Assembly (NCBI GenBank): GCA_965214605.1
Contig: OZ243961.1
Location: forward strand, 480,001 to 544,000
Length of the DNA stretch: 64,000 bases
Direction: 5' to 3'
Source of the DNA: an uncultured Candidatus Binatia bacterium
Lineage (GTDB): Bacteria; Desulfobacterota; Binatia; Bin18
This document shows, piece by piece, positions 40,168 through 48,853 of the stretch (position 1 is the first letter of the stretch; each line of letters begins with the position of its first letter). A model generated the notes under the pieces. That model made no database searches, was not told the origin of the DNA, and was given only the letters and a program-made list of their open reading frames with translations. The translations under genes and the position numbers were made by a program.

Positions 40168-41607
40168 ATGCCCGAACACCACCAACGGCGTCTCACTTCT
40201 CTCGAAGCTTCTTTTCTGTACCGAGAGCAGCCCTGCCAACCGATGCACATCGGTGGCTGTGGGGTCTACGAGGGCCATGTCTCGCGCCAGACCTTAGTCC
40301 GTCTCCTCGAAGACCGCCTCTCCCTGCTCCCCCGCTACCGCCAGAAAGTTGTCTCCAGCCCGTTTCACATTGCGCACCCCAGCTGGGAAGACGATCCAGA
40401 TTTCGACCTGTCTAACCACATTGAGGAATGGACGCTGCCCGAGCCCGGTGATGACCGGGTGTTATCCATTGTTGGCGGCCGTATTTTTGCCGCTCCCCTC
40501 GACCGCGCCCACCCACTGTGGAAACTGATCCTGCTCCGTGGTCGACACGACGGCAACACCACGATTATTGCTAAAGTCCATTACGCCATGGTTGAAGGCA
40601 TAACCGGCACGGCGCTGACCACAGTCCTGCACGACATCCGGCCCGACGCGCCCCCGACCCCGCCGCCCAGGGACTGGAAACCCGCTCCCATTCCGGATTT
40701 TTTGGCCCAGTTCCAAAACGCGATCCGTGACACTATCACCACAACGACTCAGCTCATGGTCGATCAGGGACTCCGACTGTGGTCCGGCTGGCAGGCCAAC
40801 TCAACACCCCAACAGCAGCTCGACACGGCCACCGACGTCCTGTCGCCCTTCTTGCGGCCGATTTCCCGCCTACCGTTTAACGGACAGCTGTCCGGTGCAC
40901 GCCAATTTGCCTGGACCGAGCTCGCCTTTCCCGAAATTCGGGCTATTCGGTCAGCTCTGGGGGGAACTGTAAACGACGTCGTTCTGACGATTATCTCCGG
41001 CGGTCTAGGCAGCTATCTCCGAGCAAAAGGATACCAGCTTGAGAGTCTAGAGCTCCGTCTTGCCTACCCAGTCATGTTTCGGCGCCATAGTGACGCGCAT
41101 GAGGACGAGATAAAAGCGCCTTTTGTTTCCACCATGATCGTTCCGCTGTATACGGGCATTGCCGATCCGGTCCAACGCTTCTTGGCCGAACAGCGAGCCC
41201 TAGAAGAGCTTACGACCCACCAACAGGCTCAAGCCTTGGCCGAGCTCCAGACACTGAGTCGCTTTCTACCGCCGGCCGTCCAAGTCCTGAGCCAGCAGTT
41301 CGGGCTGCCCAACAACATGGCCAACACTGTCTCGCTCAACGTCCCCGGCCCCCAGATTCCGCTCTACCTAGCCGGCCACAAGCGTCTCGCCCTCTATCCC
41401 ATCGGTCCCCTCAGCGCCAATATCGGTCTCTTCCACGTCACATCCAGCTATAATCACACGTTGACTATTGGCGTTACCGTTGACCCTCGCCTGATGCCCG
41501 ATGTGTGGCATTACACCGACTGCCTGCGCGGAGCGTTTCAGGAGCTACGGGAAGCGGCCGGCCGCGCAACAGCACCGTCCGACAGGACGGCTCGGCACGT
41601 CGCCTAA
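40168..41607 (+). CDS. Wax ester/TAG synthase (WS/DGAT)-family protein with altered catalytic motif
   Basis: QPMHIGG, WEDDPDFDL, PLDRAHPLW, HYAMVEG (canonical HHxxxDG), GGTVNDVVL, NVPGPQIPLY. Confidence 0.9.
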   Translation: MPEHHQRRLTSLEASFLYREQPCQPMHIGGCGVYEGHVSRQTLVRLLEDRLSLLPRYRQKVVSSPFHIAHPSWEDDPDFDLSNHIEEWTLPEPGDDRVLSIVGGRIFAAPLDRAHPLWKLILLRGRHDGNTTIIAKVHYAMVEGITGTALTTVLHDIRPDAPPTPPPRDWKPAPIPDFLAQFQNAIRDTITTTTQLMVDQGLRLWSGWQANSTPQQQLDTATDVLSPFLRPISRLPFNGQLSGARQFAWTELAFPEIRAIRSALGGTVNDVVLTIISGGLGSYLRAKGYQLESLELRLAYPVMFRRHSDAHEDEIKAPFVSTMIVPLYTGIADPVQRFLAEQRALEELTTHQQAQALAELQTLSRFLPPAVQVLSQQFGLPNNMANTVSLNVPGPQIPLYLAGHKRLALYPIGPLSANIGLFHVTSSYNHTLTIGVTVDPRLMPDVWHYTDCLRGAFQELREAAGRATAPSDRTARHVA

Positions 41608-41656
41608 GCGATCGCAGTACCCACCCTACACAGCCGGCCACGTTCGGTCGCCGCAC

Positions 41657-42232
41657 CTAGACCGTATGCTCGGTAAATCCGGTCACGTCATAGGCCATAA
41701 CCATCAGATCGTGCGTACGGCCGTCCCGGTCAATCACAAAATCGGACAGCAGTGCTTCGGGCTGAAAGCCTAAACGTTCAAACGTCGCAATCGCCCCTTT
41801 TTGATCGGGCGTCATCTGAGCCACAATTCGGCTCAAGCCCATGTCGCGGGCAAGCACGCAGATTTCGTGGGCCAGTTTACGACCCAGACCCTGGGCGCGG
41901 TAGGCAGGTCCGACCAAAATCCGGATTTCTCCCAAATGGCGCTGCCAGGTGACTTGATGATGGTGCAGAATCGCGTACCCGGCAATCTGGCCGTCGGCCT
42001 CGGCAATAATGGTGGCGGTGGTATTCTCTTCAAGCTGGCGTATCCATTGCCTCACCACCTCAGGCTTAGTGATATCCATCCGCAGGTGGAGCAGATCATA
42101 GGCCGGCAGACTGTTGGCAAAGTTGATCAGCCGATTGGCATCGAACGCGCTCATTGGCCGCAGGGTGACAGGCAGGCCGCTGCGTAGGGTAATGAGCAAA
42201 GGATAAGCAGACTGCCGTGGTGTGTCTTCCAT
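41657..42232 (-). CDS. GNAT acetyltransferase
   Basis: EIRILVGPAYRAQGLGRKL, AIATFERLGF. Confidence 0.88.
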   Translation of the reverse strand: MEDTPRQSAYPLLITLRSGLPVTLRPMSAFDANRLINFANSLPAYDLLHLRMDITKPEVVRQWIRQLEENTTATIIAEADGQIAGYAILHHHQVTWQRHLGEIRILVGPAYRAQGLGRKLAHEICVLARDMGLSRIVAQMTPDQKGAIATFERLGFQPEALLSDFVIDRDGRTHDLMVMAYDVTGFTEHTV

Positions 42233-42386
42233 GCCGCTCCTCTCGCCTCAGCTCTTGCTCCAGGGCGCGGTCGCGTCTTCTTATCCTAGTCTCCCAAGCG
42301 CTGGCAAGAGTGGGGCCTGCAACAGGCGCCAAGTCAGACCCATGCTTGCAAAATTTCCCATCTTCTGCTAGCGATAAGCGACCATC

Positions 42387-43136
42387 ATGAACTGGAACCC
42401 CGCTCCTGCGTATCCCGACTATGTGTGGCAACTGTCCCACCTCTTGCCCTCCCCAATATACCGAGAGCCACCGCTCCACCCCGGCAACGACAAACCCATC
42501 TTACTGATTCCAGGCTTTCTGGCTGGTGACTGGACGCTGCGGGTCCTGTCCGGTTGGCTGAACCGCCTTGGCTACCGGTCCTACCTGTCCGGCATTGACT
42601 GGAATGTTGACTGTCCGAACCGCACCGGCGAACTCCTGGGCTGGCGAGTCGACCACATTCTTCAAGAAACCGGTCAGCCGCTAATTGTCATTGGACACAG
42701 TCTGGGCGGCATGCTGGCACGTTTTCTGGGCGCGACCTATCCAAAAAAAATCAGCACTGTCATCGCCCTTGGCTCGCCGCTCACTCCCCCTGTCCAGGTC
42801 AACCCCATCGTCTTGATGACCTCCCACGTCTTATACCCGATCAGACGGATTCGTGGCCGCGTGCCACCCGAGTGCGGCAGTTTGGAATGTGAGTGTCGGT
42901 TTCAACAGACGGCTTTTGGACCCCTGCCCTCGGGTGTCGACTTCGCCTCCATCTTCTCTAAAGAGGACGAAGTCGTCGCTTGGCACTCCAGTATTGACCC
43001 CGAAGGCCATAATCTTCAGGTCCCGGGAAGACACTTAGGGTTGATTGTGAATCGCTATGTCTATCAAGCCCTGCTAGAGGTTCTATCGAAGGGCTTTGAC
43101 AACTCCGTTGAGGCTCTTGTCGATGAGAACGACTAG
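42387..43136 (+). CDS. Lipase/esterase (alpha/beta hydrolase)
   Basis: LLIPGFLAGD, GHSLGG, ALGSP, SKEDEVV, HLGL. Confidence 0.88.
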   Translation: MNWNPAPAYPDYVWQLSHLLPSPIYREPPLHPGNDKPILLIPGFLAGDWTLRVLSGWLNRLGYRSYLSGIDWNVDCPNRTGELLGWRVDHILQETGQPLIVIGHSLGGMLARFLGATYPKKISTVIALGSPLTPPVQVNPIVLMTSHVLYPIRRIRGRVPPECGSLECECRFQQTAFGPLPSGVDFASIFSKEDEVVAWHSSIDPEGHNLQVPGRHLGLIVNRYVYQALLEVLSKGFDNSVEALVDEND

Positions 43137-43207
43137 CACCTTGACAAGGCAGGAGCGGGATGAAGATGAAAAAATACCTGCCCCCCCCAATCTCGTGTTC
43201 CATCCAC

Positions 43208-43702
43208 TCAGCGACTAAACGGTTCCTTATAGGTTGAGTCTGGCTCATCTATGGGAATTGCAAACGATTGAGCAGCGTCGTTTCTTGCTATTATTTCCTT
43301 GGTGTAGATGTTCACGTCCCAGAGGGCTTCGCTGTCGCCGTCTTGATTCTTAAAGGTAAAGCGGACCCAATAGTTTCCAGTCCGAAACTGATCAAGCACA
43401 TTAAAATATTGACTCAAAGTTTCGATAATGCGGTCCTTTTGAGAAGGCAGGCCGGCTGTCCATGGACCCAACTCCCAGGGGGCACCAGCGCGGGCACTGT
43501 CCCGAGAGCGTTTCTCAATATTTGAGATCACACTAAACAGCCCCCTCTCTCCAGTATACGACTTGACCATCTGAATGGCTTGTTTTTCCTTGGCTCCCAT
43601 CTCAGTCGGTTCCCCACCACACCCAGCCAGTATGCCCAGCCCAAACACAACCAGCACAGAAACCCTCAGCACGTTCTTGATGTACGGCAATGTGGATCGC
43701 AT
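43208..43702 (-). CDS. Hypothetical lipoprotein
   Basis: Lipobox LAGC after a hydrophobic stretch; GGAGG RBS. Confidence 0.75.
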   Translation of the reverse strand: MRSTLPYIKNVLRVSVLVVFGLGILAGCGGEPTEMGAKEKQAIQMVKSYTGERGLFSVISNIEKRSRDSARAGAPWELGPWTAGLPSQKDRIIETLSQYFNVLDQFRTGNYWVRFTFKNQDGDSEALWDVNIYTKEIIARNDAAQSFAIPIDEPDSTYKEPFSR

Positions 43703-43969
43703 CCCCTCACCCTCCAAACGAGAAAAATTCAGCCAGGACAGCACGTTTGAGTCTACCACGGTACCGACACTTGACCTCCGTCCCGGCTGCTCTTTGGGAA
43801 TTATACCGTGAAAGAAGTCCTCGGTCCATGCCCAATTCCGAGCGGTCTTTGGCCAGGAAAAATGGAGACAACTCAGACCGAGTCTTGCATCTTTGTCACC
43901 TAGGTGACACACATGAGGCGAGCGAAGCAGCGCTCTGCTGTTTCAGACATCCAAGCGGGACAAGGGAGA

Positions 43970-44674
43970 ATGATACGCCAACCCGTTCTAAACATCATGA
44001 GCTTACGTCGCATGAAGACGTTCGCCAGAGCTTCCGATCGTCAACTCCGAGCTATTTTGTCTGAGATCACCCTAGAGCGCTTTGAGCGCCGGACAACGCT
44101 CTTTCACCAGGGCGACCCATCCGACTCTCTCTACGTCTTGGTTTCGGGTGTGATCAAGCTCTCGCTGTGCACGCCGGAGGGCGAGGATATTCTGGTCAGC
44201 CTGATTTCACCAGGCGAACTGTTCGGCATTACGTCTCTGTTGCCAGGCATGCAGCGACCGTTTCAGAGTGAGGCGTTTAGTGACTGCTGGGTGGGCCGCC
44301 TGTCGGCCGAGGCTTTGGTTAGCACCCTGCTCGGCGTTCCGTTTGCCGACTTTAGCGCACTGATGGACGGCACGGTCAGCCGCTGGTTCGGCCTACTCCA
44401 CCGCTACGCCCACTTTCAGGGCCTTGATCTCCAACATCGTCTGGCCTTTGCTCTACTGGAGCTGGCTCAAAAATTCGGGGTCCAAGAGTCGCGGGGGACA
44501 CTCCTCATTCTCCAGCTCACCCACGAAGACCTGGCCGATTTGGTCGGGGCCTCGCGTCAAAAAGTTACTGAACATATGCGGACCCTGGAACGAAAATCCC
44601 TACTCCAACGGGAGGGGCGCAGGCTCATTGTGTCAACCCAAGGTCTACGCGAGTTGGTCCAGATTGAGCACTAA
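43970..44674 (+). CDS. Crp/Fnr-family transcriptional regulator
   Basis: LFHQGDP, PGELFG, LTHEDLADLVGASRQKV. Confidence 0.92.
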   Translation: MIRQPVLNIMSLRRMKTFARASDRQLRAILSEITLERFERRTTLFHQGDPSDSLYVLVSGVIKLSLCTPEGEDILVSLISPGELFGITSLLPGMQRPFQSEAFSDCWVGRLSAEALVSTLLGVPFADFSALMDGTVSRWFGLLHRYAHFQGLDLQHRLAFALLELAQKFGVQESRGTLLILQLTHEDLADLVGASRQKVTEHMRTLERKSLLQREGRRLIVSTQGLRELVQIEH

Positions 44675-44701
44675 AAAAGGGGCTGCGGACAGCCCCTTTT
44701 T
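44673..44701. terminator. Bidirectional intrinsic terminator
   Basis: AAAAAAGGGGCTG-CGGA-CAGCCCCTTTTT between convergent genes. Confidence 0.9.
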
Positions 44702-44720
44702 GTACCATAAACCCTAAAGT

Positions 44721-45035
44721 CTAAACGCTGCTGGCCTCCTCTTCGGCTTCGGCCGGCTTGTCTAGCTGCCACAGTTGGCGTGCCAGCGTTGTTGAGGAAC
44801 CAATGACCTGCTTAGCCAAAGAGAGCTGAGCCTCGAACATCGGTGCCATTGGAGTTTTCTTGACCCAGGCGGTTGTTTGTTCGCTCATTTCCAGGGCTTG
44901 AGTGGCCCATCTCTCGCTGTTGTCAATATAACGTGCCGCCATCTCCCGCATCGGAGCCAACATTGGGGCGTTAGACAGATTCAGCTCACCCAATACTTTA
45001 GTAAAAGGATTGTTGGTCCATAGATTGTCAGCCAT
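44721..45035 (-). CDS. Small amphipathic helical protein, phasin / lipid-droplet-protein-like
   Basis: GAGGAGGAG RBS; 104 aa, A/Q/E/L/M-rich helical pattern; lies directly after the XRE regulator. Confidence 0.6.
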   Translation of the reverse strand: MADNLWTNNPFTKVLGELNLSNAPMLAPMREMAARYIDNSERWATQALEMSEQTTAWVKKTPMAPMFEAQLSLAKQVIGSSTTLARQLWQLDKPAEAEEEASSV

Positions 45036-45097
45036 GATGTTCTCCTCCTCAGCTTAGATTAACGCTTCTGTTTTCTCGTGCTTGCCCACTTGGCGTA

Positions 45098-45129
45098 GAT
45101 GCTAACTCATATCGCTAACTTTTGCAAGC
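45098..45129. promoter_or_regulatory. 32-bp operator copy 1 (upstream of phasin-like gene)
   Basis: GATGCTAACtCAtaTcGCTaactttTGCAAGC; 22/32 gapless identity to 45549-45580. Confidence 0.75.
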
Positions 45130-45173
45130 GATTAAGGCACGAAACTCGTCACTTCGGTGACATCATTGGGACT

Positions 45174-45542
45174 TTAGACCAATTCTTCGCCTTCGTTAAG
45201 TCTACGAAACGAGCGGTACATGTCGATCAGTATTTCTCGCTGACGGGCCGACAGCTGAGGGTCATGCATGACCGCTCTTACCACATCGCTGTCTTCGGTC
45301 TCTTGGGGATCGAGAATACCCGCTTGCGTATAGAGTGTTTCGGCGGAGAGTTTCAATCCTTTGGCCAGAGACTGGAGGATCACGCTGCTTGGCACGCGCA
45401 GGCCACGCTCAATTTGACTGAGGTATGGATTGGAAATGCCGCACATATCGGCCAGCTGACGAATGGACAGCCGGGACAGCTCCCGTTGGCGGCGGAGAAA
45501 CTCGCCTAAACTCACATACGGGTCAGGTTTTTTCGCGGCCAC
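45174..45542 (-). CDS. XRE-family HTH regulator, Rv0474/MLDSR-like
   Basis: LGEFLRRQRE..SIRQLADMCGISNPYLSQIERGLR.PS...SAETLYTQAG...DPQLSARQREILIDMYRSF; GTG start. Confidence 0.88.
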   Translation of the reverse strand: MAAKKPDPYVSLGEFLRRQRELSRLSIRQLADMCGISNPYLSQIERGLRVPSSVILQSLAKGLKLSAETLYTQAGILDPQETEDSDVVRAVMHDPQLSARQREILIDMYRSFRRLNEGEELV

Positions 45543-45548
45543 ACTTCC

Positions 45549-45580
45549 GATGCTAACGCACCTTGCTTGTGAATGCAAGC
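45549..45580. promoter_or_regulatory. 32-bp operator copy 2 (upstream of XRE regulator)
   Basis: GATGCTAACgCAccTtGCTtgtgaaTGCAAGC containing the inverted repeat GCTTG-N6-CAAGC. Confidence 0.75.
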
Positions 45581-45600
45581 AGTGGCCGAGCCACGGCGGA

Positions 45601-46485
45601 TCACTCAATCGGCATACCGGCCTTCTTGGCCCGCTCCAACACAATCCGCTCGATGTCAGCAATCGGACCGTCAATCATCCGCCCCCGAAAGGCGACCGCT
45701 CCCTTGCCCTCGGCCACCGCCCCTTCAAAAGCCGCGACGAGGTCTCGTGCATAGGCAACTTCTTCCGCTGTCGGGGAGTAGACCGCATTCACCGGCTCAA
45801 TCTGATTGGGATGAATGCACGCTTTGCCCTCGTAGCCGAGCTGCTTGCCCTGCCGTGTTTCAGCCACCAAGCCTTCCACATTGGGAATGTCCAGATAAAC
45901 GTTATCGATCGGGACAATGCCGGCCGATTTGGCTGCGATCACCACCTGGCAGCGGGCGTGCATGACAATCCCGTCGATTGATGGGCCGGCCTGAATTCCC
46001 ATCGCCAGCGAAAAATCTCCATGCCCAAACGCCAGGCCGGCCAGACGCGGGCCGGCCTGGGCCAGGCTAAAAGCGCTGCCAATCGCCTGCGGCTGCTCAA
46101 TCAGTGGCAGCAACACCACCGAACCCGGATTCCGTCCGGAGCGTTCCTCGGCCAGCGAGACGAGTTTGTCCACAAACCGGATACCCTCAACCGTGTTGGT
46201 TTTGGGGACGACTAGCCCATCCGCCCCGGCCTCGACCATGGCCAGCACGTCATCCAGAAAATACGGCGTATCAAGATCGTTGATTCGCACTGTGCGCTCA
46301 AAGCGATCGAAGCCACTATCGCTCAACACATCTTTGAGCGTCTCGCGGGCAATGGCTTTCCGTTCGGGAGCAACAGCGTCTTCAAGATCAAAAATCAGAC
46401 TATCGGCCTGGCAATTTTGGGCTTTGGCAAAAAACCGCTCACTACTGGCCGGAACAAACAACAGACTACGGCGCAGACGCGACAT
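45601..46485 (-). CDS. CitE/HpcH-family CoA ester lyase
   Basis: RRSLLFVP, FDLEDAV, VRIN, GYEGKACIHPNQI, GRMIDGP. Confidence 0.92.
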   Translation of the reverse strand: MSRLRRSLLFVPASSERFFAKAQNCQADSLIFDLEDAVAPERKAIARETLKDVLSDSGFDRFERTVRINDLDTPYFLDDVLAMVEAGADGLVVPKTNTVEGIRFVDKLVSLAEERSGRNPGSVVLLPLIEQPQAIGSAFSLAQAGPRLAGLAFGHGDFSLAMGIQAGPSIDGIVMHARCQVVIAAKSAGIVPIDNVYLDIPNVEGLVAETRQGKQLGYEGKACIHPNQIEPVNAVYSPTAEEVAYARDLVAAFEGAVAEGKGAVAFRGRMIDGPIADIERIVLERAKKAGMPIE

Positions 46486-46513
46486 GCGACACTCCTTCCC
46501 CCAAGCGTGACGA

Positions 46514-47716
46514 TCAAATAACACCCAACTCCTTCAGCTCCGCTAAGCGCTCAGGGGACATCCCCAACTTTCCACAGTAGATCTCCTCGTTGTCGGCTCC
46601 CATATGAGTCGGGCCGGTCCAACGAATTGCGCCTGGCGTTCGACTCAGCGCCGGCACCACATTTTGCATTTTTAGCGGTCCTAGTTCTGGGTCGGTGACC
46701 GTGGTAATGGTTTCCCGCGCCCGAAAGTGGCTATCGGCCAGGATTCCCTCGATATCGTATACCGCCACCGCCGCACAGTCGTACTGGTCAAACTGTTTGA
46801 GCGCCTCTTCGAGCGTTTGCTGGGCAATCCAGCCGCCCACAATCTCATCGACTAGGTCAATGTTTTCGATCCGCGCCCGGTTATCTTTAAAGCGTGGATC
46901 GTGGATCAAGTCGGGCCGGCCAATAGCGGAAAACACCCGTCCGGCCAAAGCATGCGCATTAGCCGATAGAGCCAGCCACTTGTTGTCCTTGGTCTTATAG
47001 ATATTGCGCGGCGCCCCAATAGACGGGACGCGGTTGCCGGTGCGCTGCTGAATAATACCCAATTGGTCATAGCTCAGCGCCTGATCCCCGGTGATGGTAA
47101 AAATCGGCTCCAGCACACTTAGGTCAATCATCTGGCCTTCGCCGCTGTGATGATCGCGTTCGTATAGGGCAAACATCACTGCCCAGGTCCCAAACTGGCC
47201 CGCCACGGCATCCGCCAACCCAAAGCCCGGCAGGGTCGGCGGCCCATCCGGTTGGCCGGTGATATGGGCAAAACCGCTCATCGCCTCAGCTAGGGTTCCG
47301 AACCCAGGTTTATCCTTGTAGGGGCCGGTTTGGCCGAAGCCCGACACCCGGGCGAGAACCAGCCGGGGATTCAGGGCGTGCAGCACCTCCCAGCCCAACC
47401 CCCAACGCTCCAGCGTTCCGGGACGGAAATTTTCGGTCAGCACGTCGGCGTCGGCAACCAACTGTTTCAAAATCTCCTGACCCGCCGGTTTGCTCAGGTC
47501 CAGAGTGATGCACTTTTTGTTGCGGTTCGTGATCTTCCACCACAGCGGAATACCGTTCTTGGCCGCCCCCAACGAGCGTAAACTATCGCCCAATCGGGGG
47601 TGTTCAACCTTGACAACCTCGGCTCCAAAATCGCCCATGTTTTGTGAAATCGTTGGCGAGGCAAATAGAACGGAGATATCAACAACCTTGAGTCCTTCAA
47701 GTGGTGGCCGTGGCAT
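46514..47716 (-). CDS. Class III CoA-transferase (CaiB/BaiF)
   Basis: DFGAEVVKVE, NRNKK, ENFRPG, GFGQTGP, GLADAVAG (catalytic Asp present). Confidence 0.95.
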   Translation of the reverse strand: MPRPPLEGLKVVDISVLFASPTISQNMGDFGAEVVKVEHPRLGDSLRSLGAAKNGIPLWWKITNRNKKCITLDLSKPAGQEILKQLVADADVLTENFRPGTLERWGLGWEVLHALNPRLVLARVSGFGQTGPYKDKPGFGTLAEAMSGFAHITGQPDGPPTLPGFGLADAVAGQFGTWAVMFALYERDHHSGEGQMIDLSVLEPIFTITGDQALSYDQLGIIQQRTGNRVPSIGAPRNIYKTKDNKWLALSANAHALAGRVFSAIGRPDLIHDPRFKDNRARIENIDLVDEIVGGWIAQQTLEEALKQFDQYDCAAVAVYDIEGILADSHFRARETITTVTDPELGPLKMQNVVPALSRTPGAIRWTGPTHMGADNEEIYCGKLGMSPERLAELKELGVI

Positions 47717-47782
47717 GACTGCCCATCCCTTCTGTCCGCGGTCTTGTCGCCCGGAGGGTGCGGGACCGGCAACACTCGGGCA

Positions 47783-48781
47783 TCACTCTCGCTCTAACCA
47801 CACATCCGGCGAGGTCACAACCCCATGTCGGGCAAAGATAGCGCTGATCTCCGACATATCGGTCTCTGAAATCTCCCAACCTAGCGCGCCAACATTCTCC
47901 TCCACCTCGGTTTTGTTACGGCAGCCCACCAACGCGGTGCTGACCACTGGGTTGGACGTTGTCCAGCGCAGGGCAAACTGCGGCAAGCTTTTACCATAGC
48001 TGGCCGCCATACCTTTGAGTTCCTCAACCGCCGCAAGATTACGTGGGAAGTATTCTGGACCAAACAGGGTCTGGAACAAATTAATGCCGCCCATCCGCCC
48101 CTGACGGGAACGCCAGTCGTCATCCTCAAAGTTCATGTCAGCGCTGAATGTCCCAGTCAACAGTCCGTAGGCCAAGGATCCGTAGGCCATCACCCCGATG
48201 CCCTGCTCACGGCAGTAGGGAAAGATATCTTTGTGCATCCGCTGGTCAAACATATTCCAGCAATACTGGGCGACATCGACCCGACGGGTCTGCATGCAGG
48301 TCTCAATCTGCTGACGTCGAAAGTTGGAAATGCCAACAAAACGGACTTTGCCCTGCTCGACGAGGTCCTCAAGCGCGCGCATGGTTTCATCAAACGGAGT
48401 GTTCACATCCGGCCAGTGGACTAGGTAGACATCAACGTAGTGAGTGTTTAAGTGGCTCAGACTTTTTTCAATGGAATCTATCACCCGCTGGCGGCTGCTG
48501 TCACGGAAGTTGGGCGCCTCCTTGTAGCCAACCCCAAATTTAGTGACTATAATGGCGTCTTTGCGCCGTGTGCCGAGCGCTTTGGCCAGCGATTTCTCTG
48601 AGGCTCCAAAGCCATATGCTTCGGCTGTATCAAAGCAGTTAATGCCTAAATCGAGTCCGTGCTGCACCGCCTCAATGAATTGGCTCTCCTCAATGCTGCC
48701 GTAGCCGCCGCCAATCTCCCAGCAACCGACACCTATGGCTGAGACCTGTAGACCTGTATTACCAAATGGACGATATTCCAT
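47783..48781 (-). CDS. Aldo/keto reductase
   Basis: GINCFDTAEAYG, IVTKFG, DVYLVHWPD, GKVRFVGISNF. Confidence 0.95.
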   Translation of the reverse strand: MEYRPFGNTGLQVSAIGVGCWEIGGGYGSIEESQFIEAVQHGLDLGINCFDTAEAYGFGASEKSLAKALGTRRKDAIIVTKFGVGYKEAPNFRDSSRQRVIDSIEKSLSHLNTHYVDVYLVHWPDVNTPFDETMRALEDLVEQGKVRFVGISNFRRQQIETCMQTRRVDVAQYCWNMFDQRMHKDIFPYCREQGIGVMAYGSLAYGLLTGTFSADMNFEDDDWRSRQGRMGGINLFQTLFGPEYFPRNLAAVEELKGMAASYGKSLPQFALRWTTSNPVVSTALVGCRNKTEVEENVGALGWEISETDMSEISAIFARHGVVTSPDVWLERE

Positions 48782-48853
48782 TCGCTTGCTCCTTTTCCCG
48801 ATAATCGGTATTTTTAGCAGGCAATAAGCTGCAAATGTTGCGGGTGTGTGGAT

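Noticed and set aside
48788-48853. Possible degenerate terminal repeat or orphan spacer left of the array
   Set aside because: Under half identity in register; the region is better explained as the aldo/keto reductase promoter and RBS.
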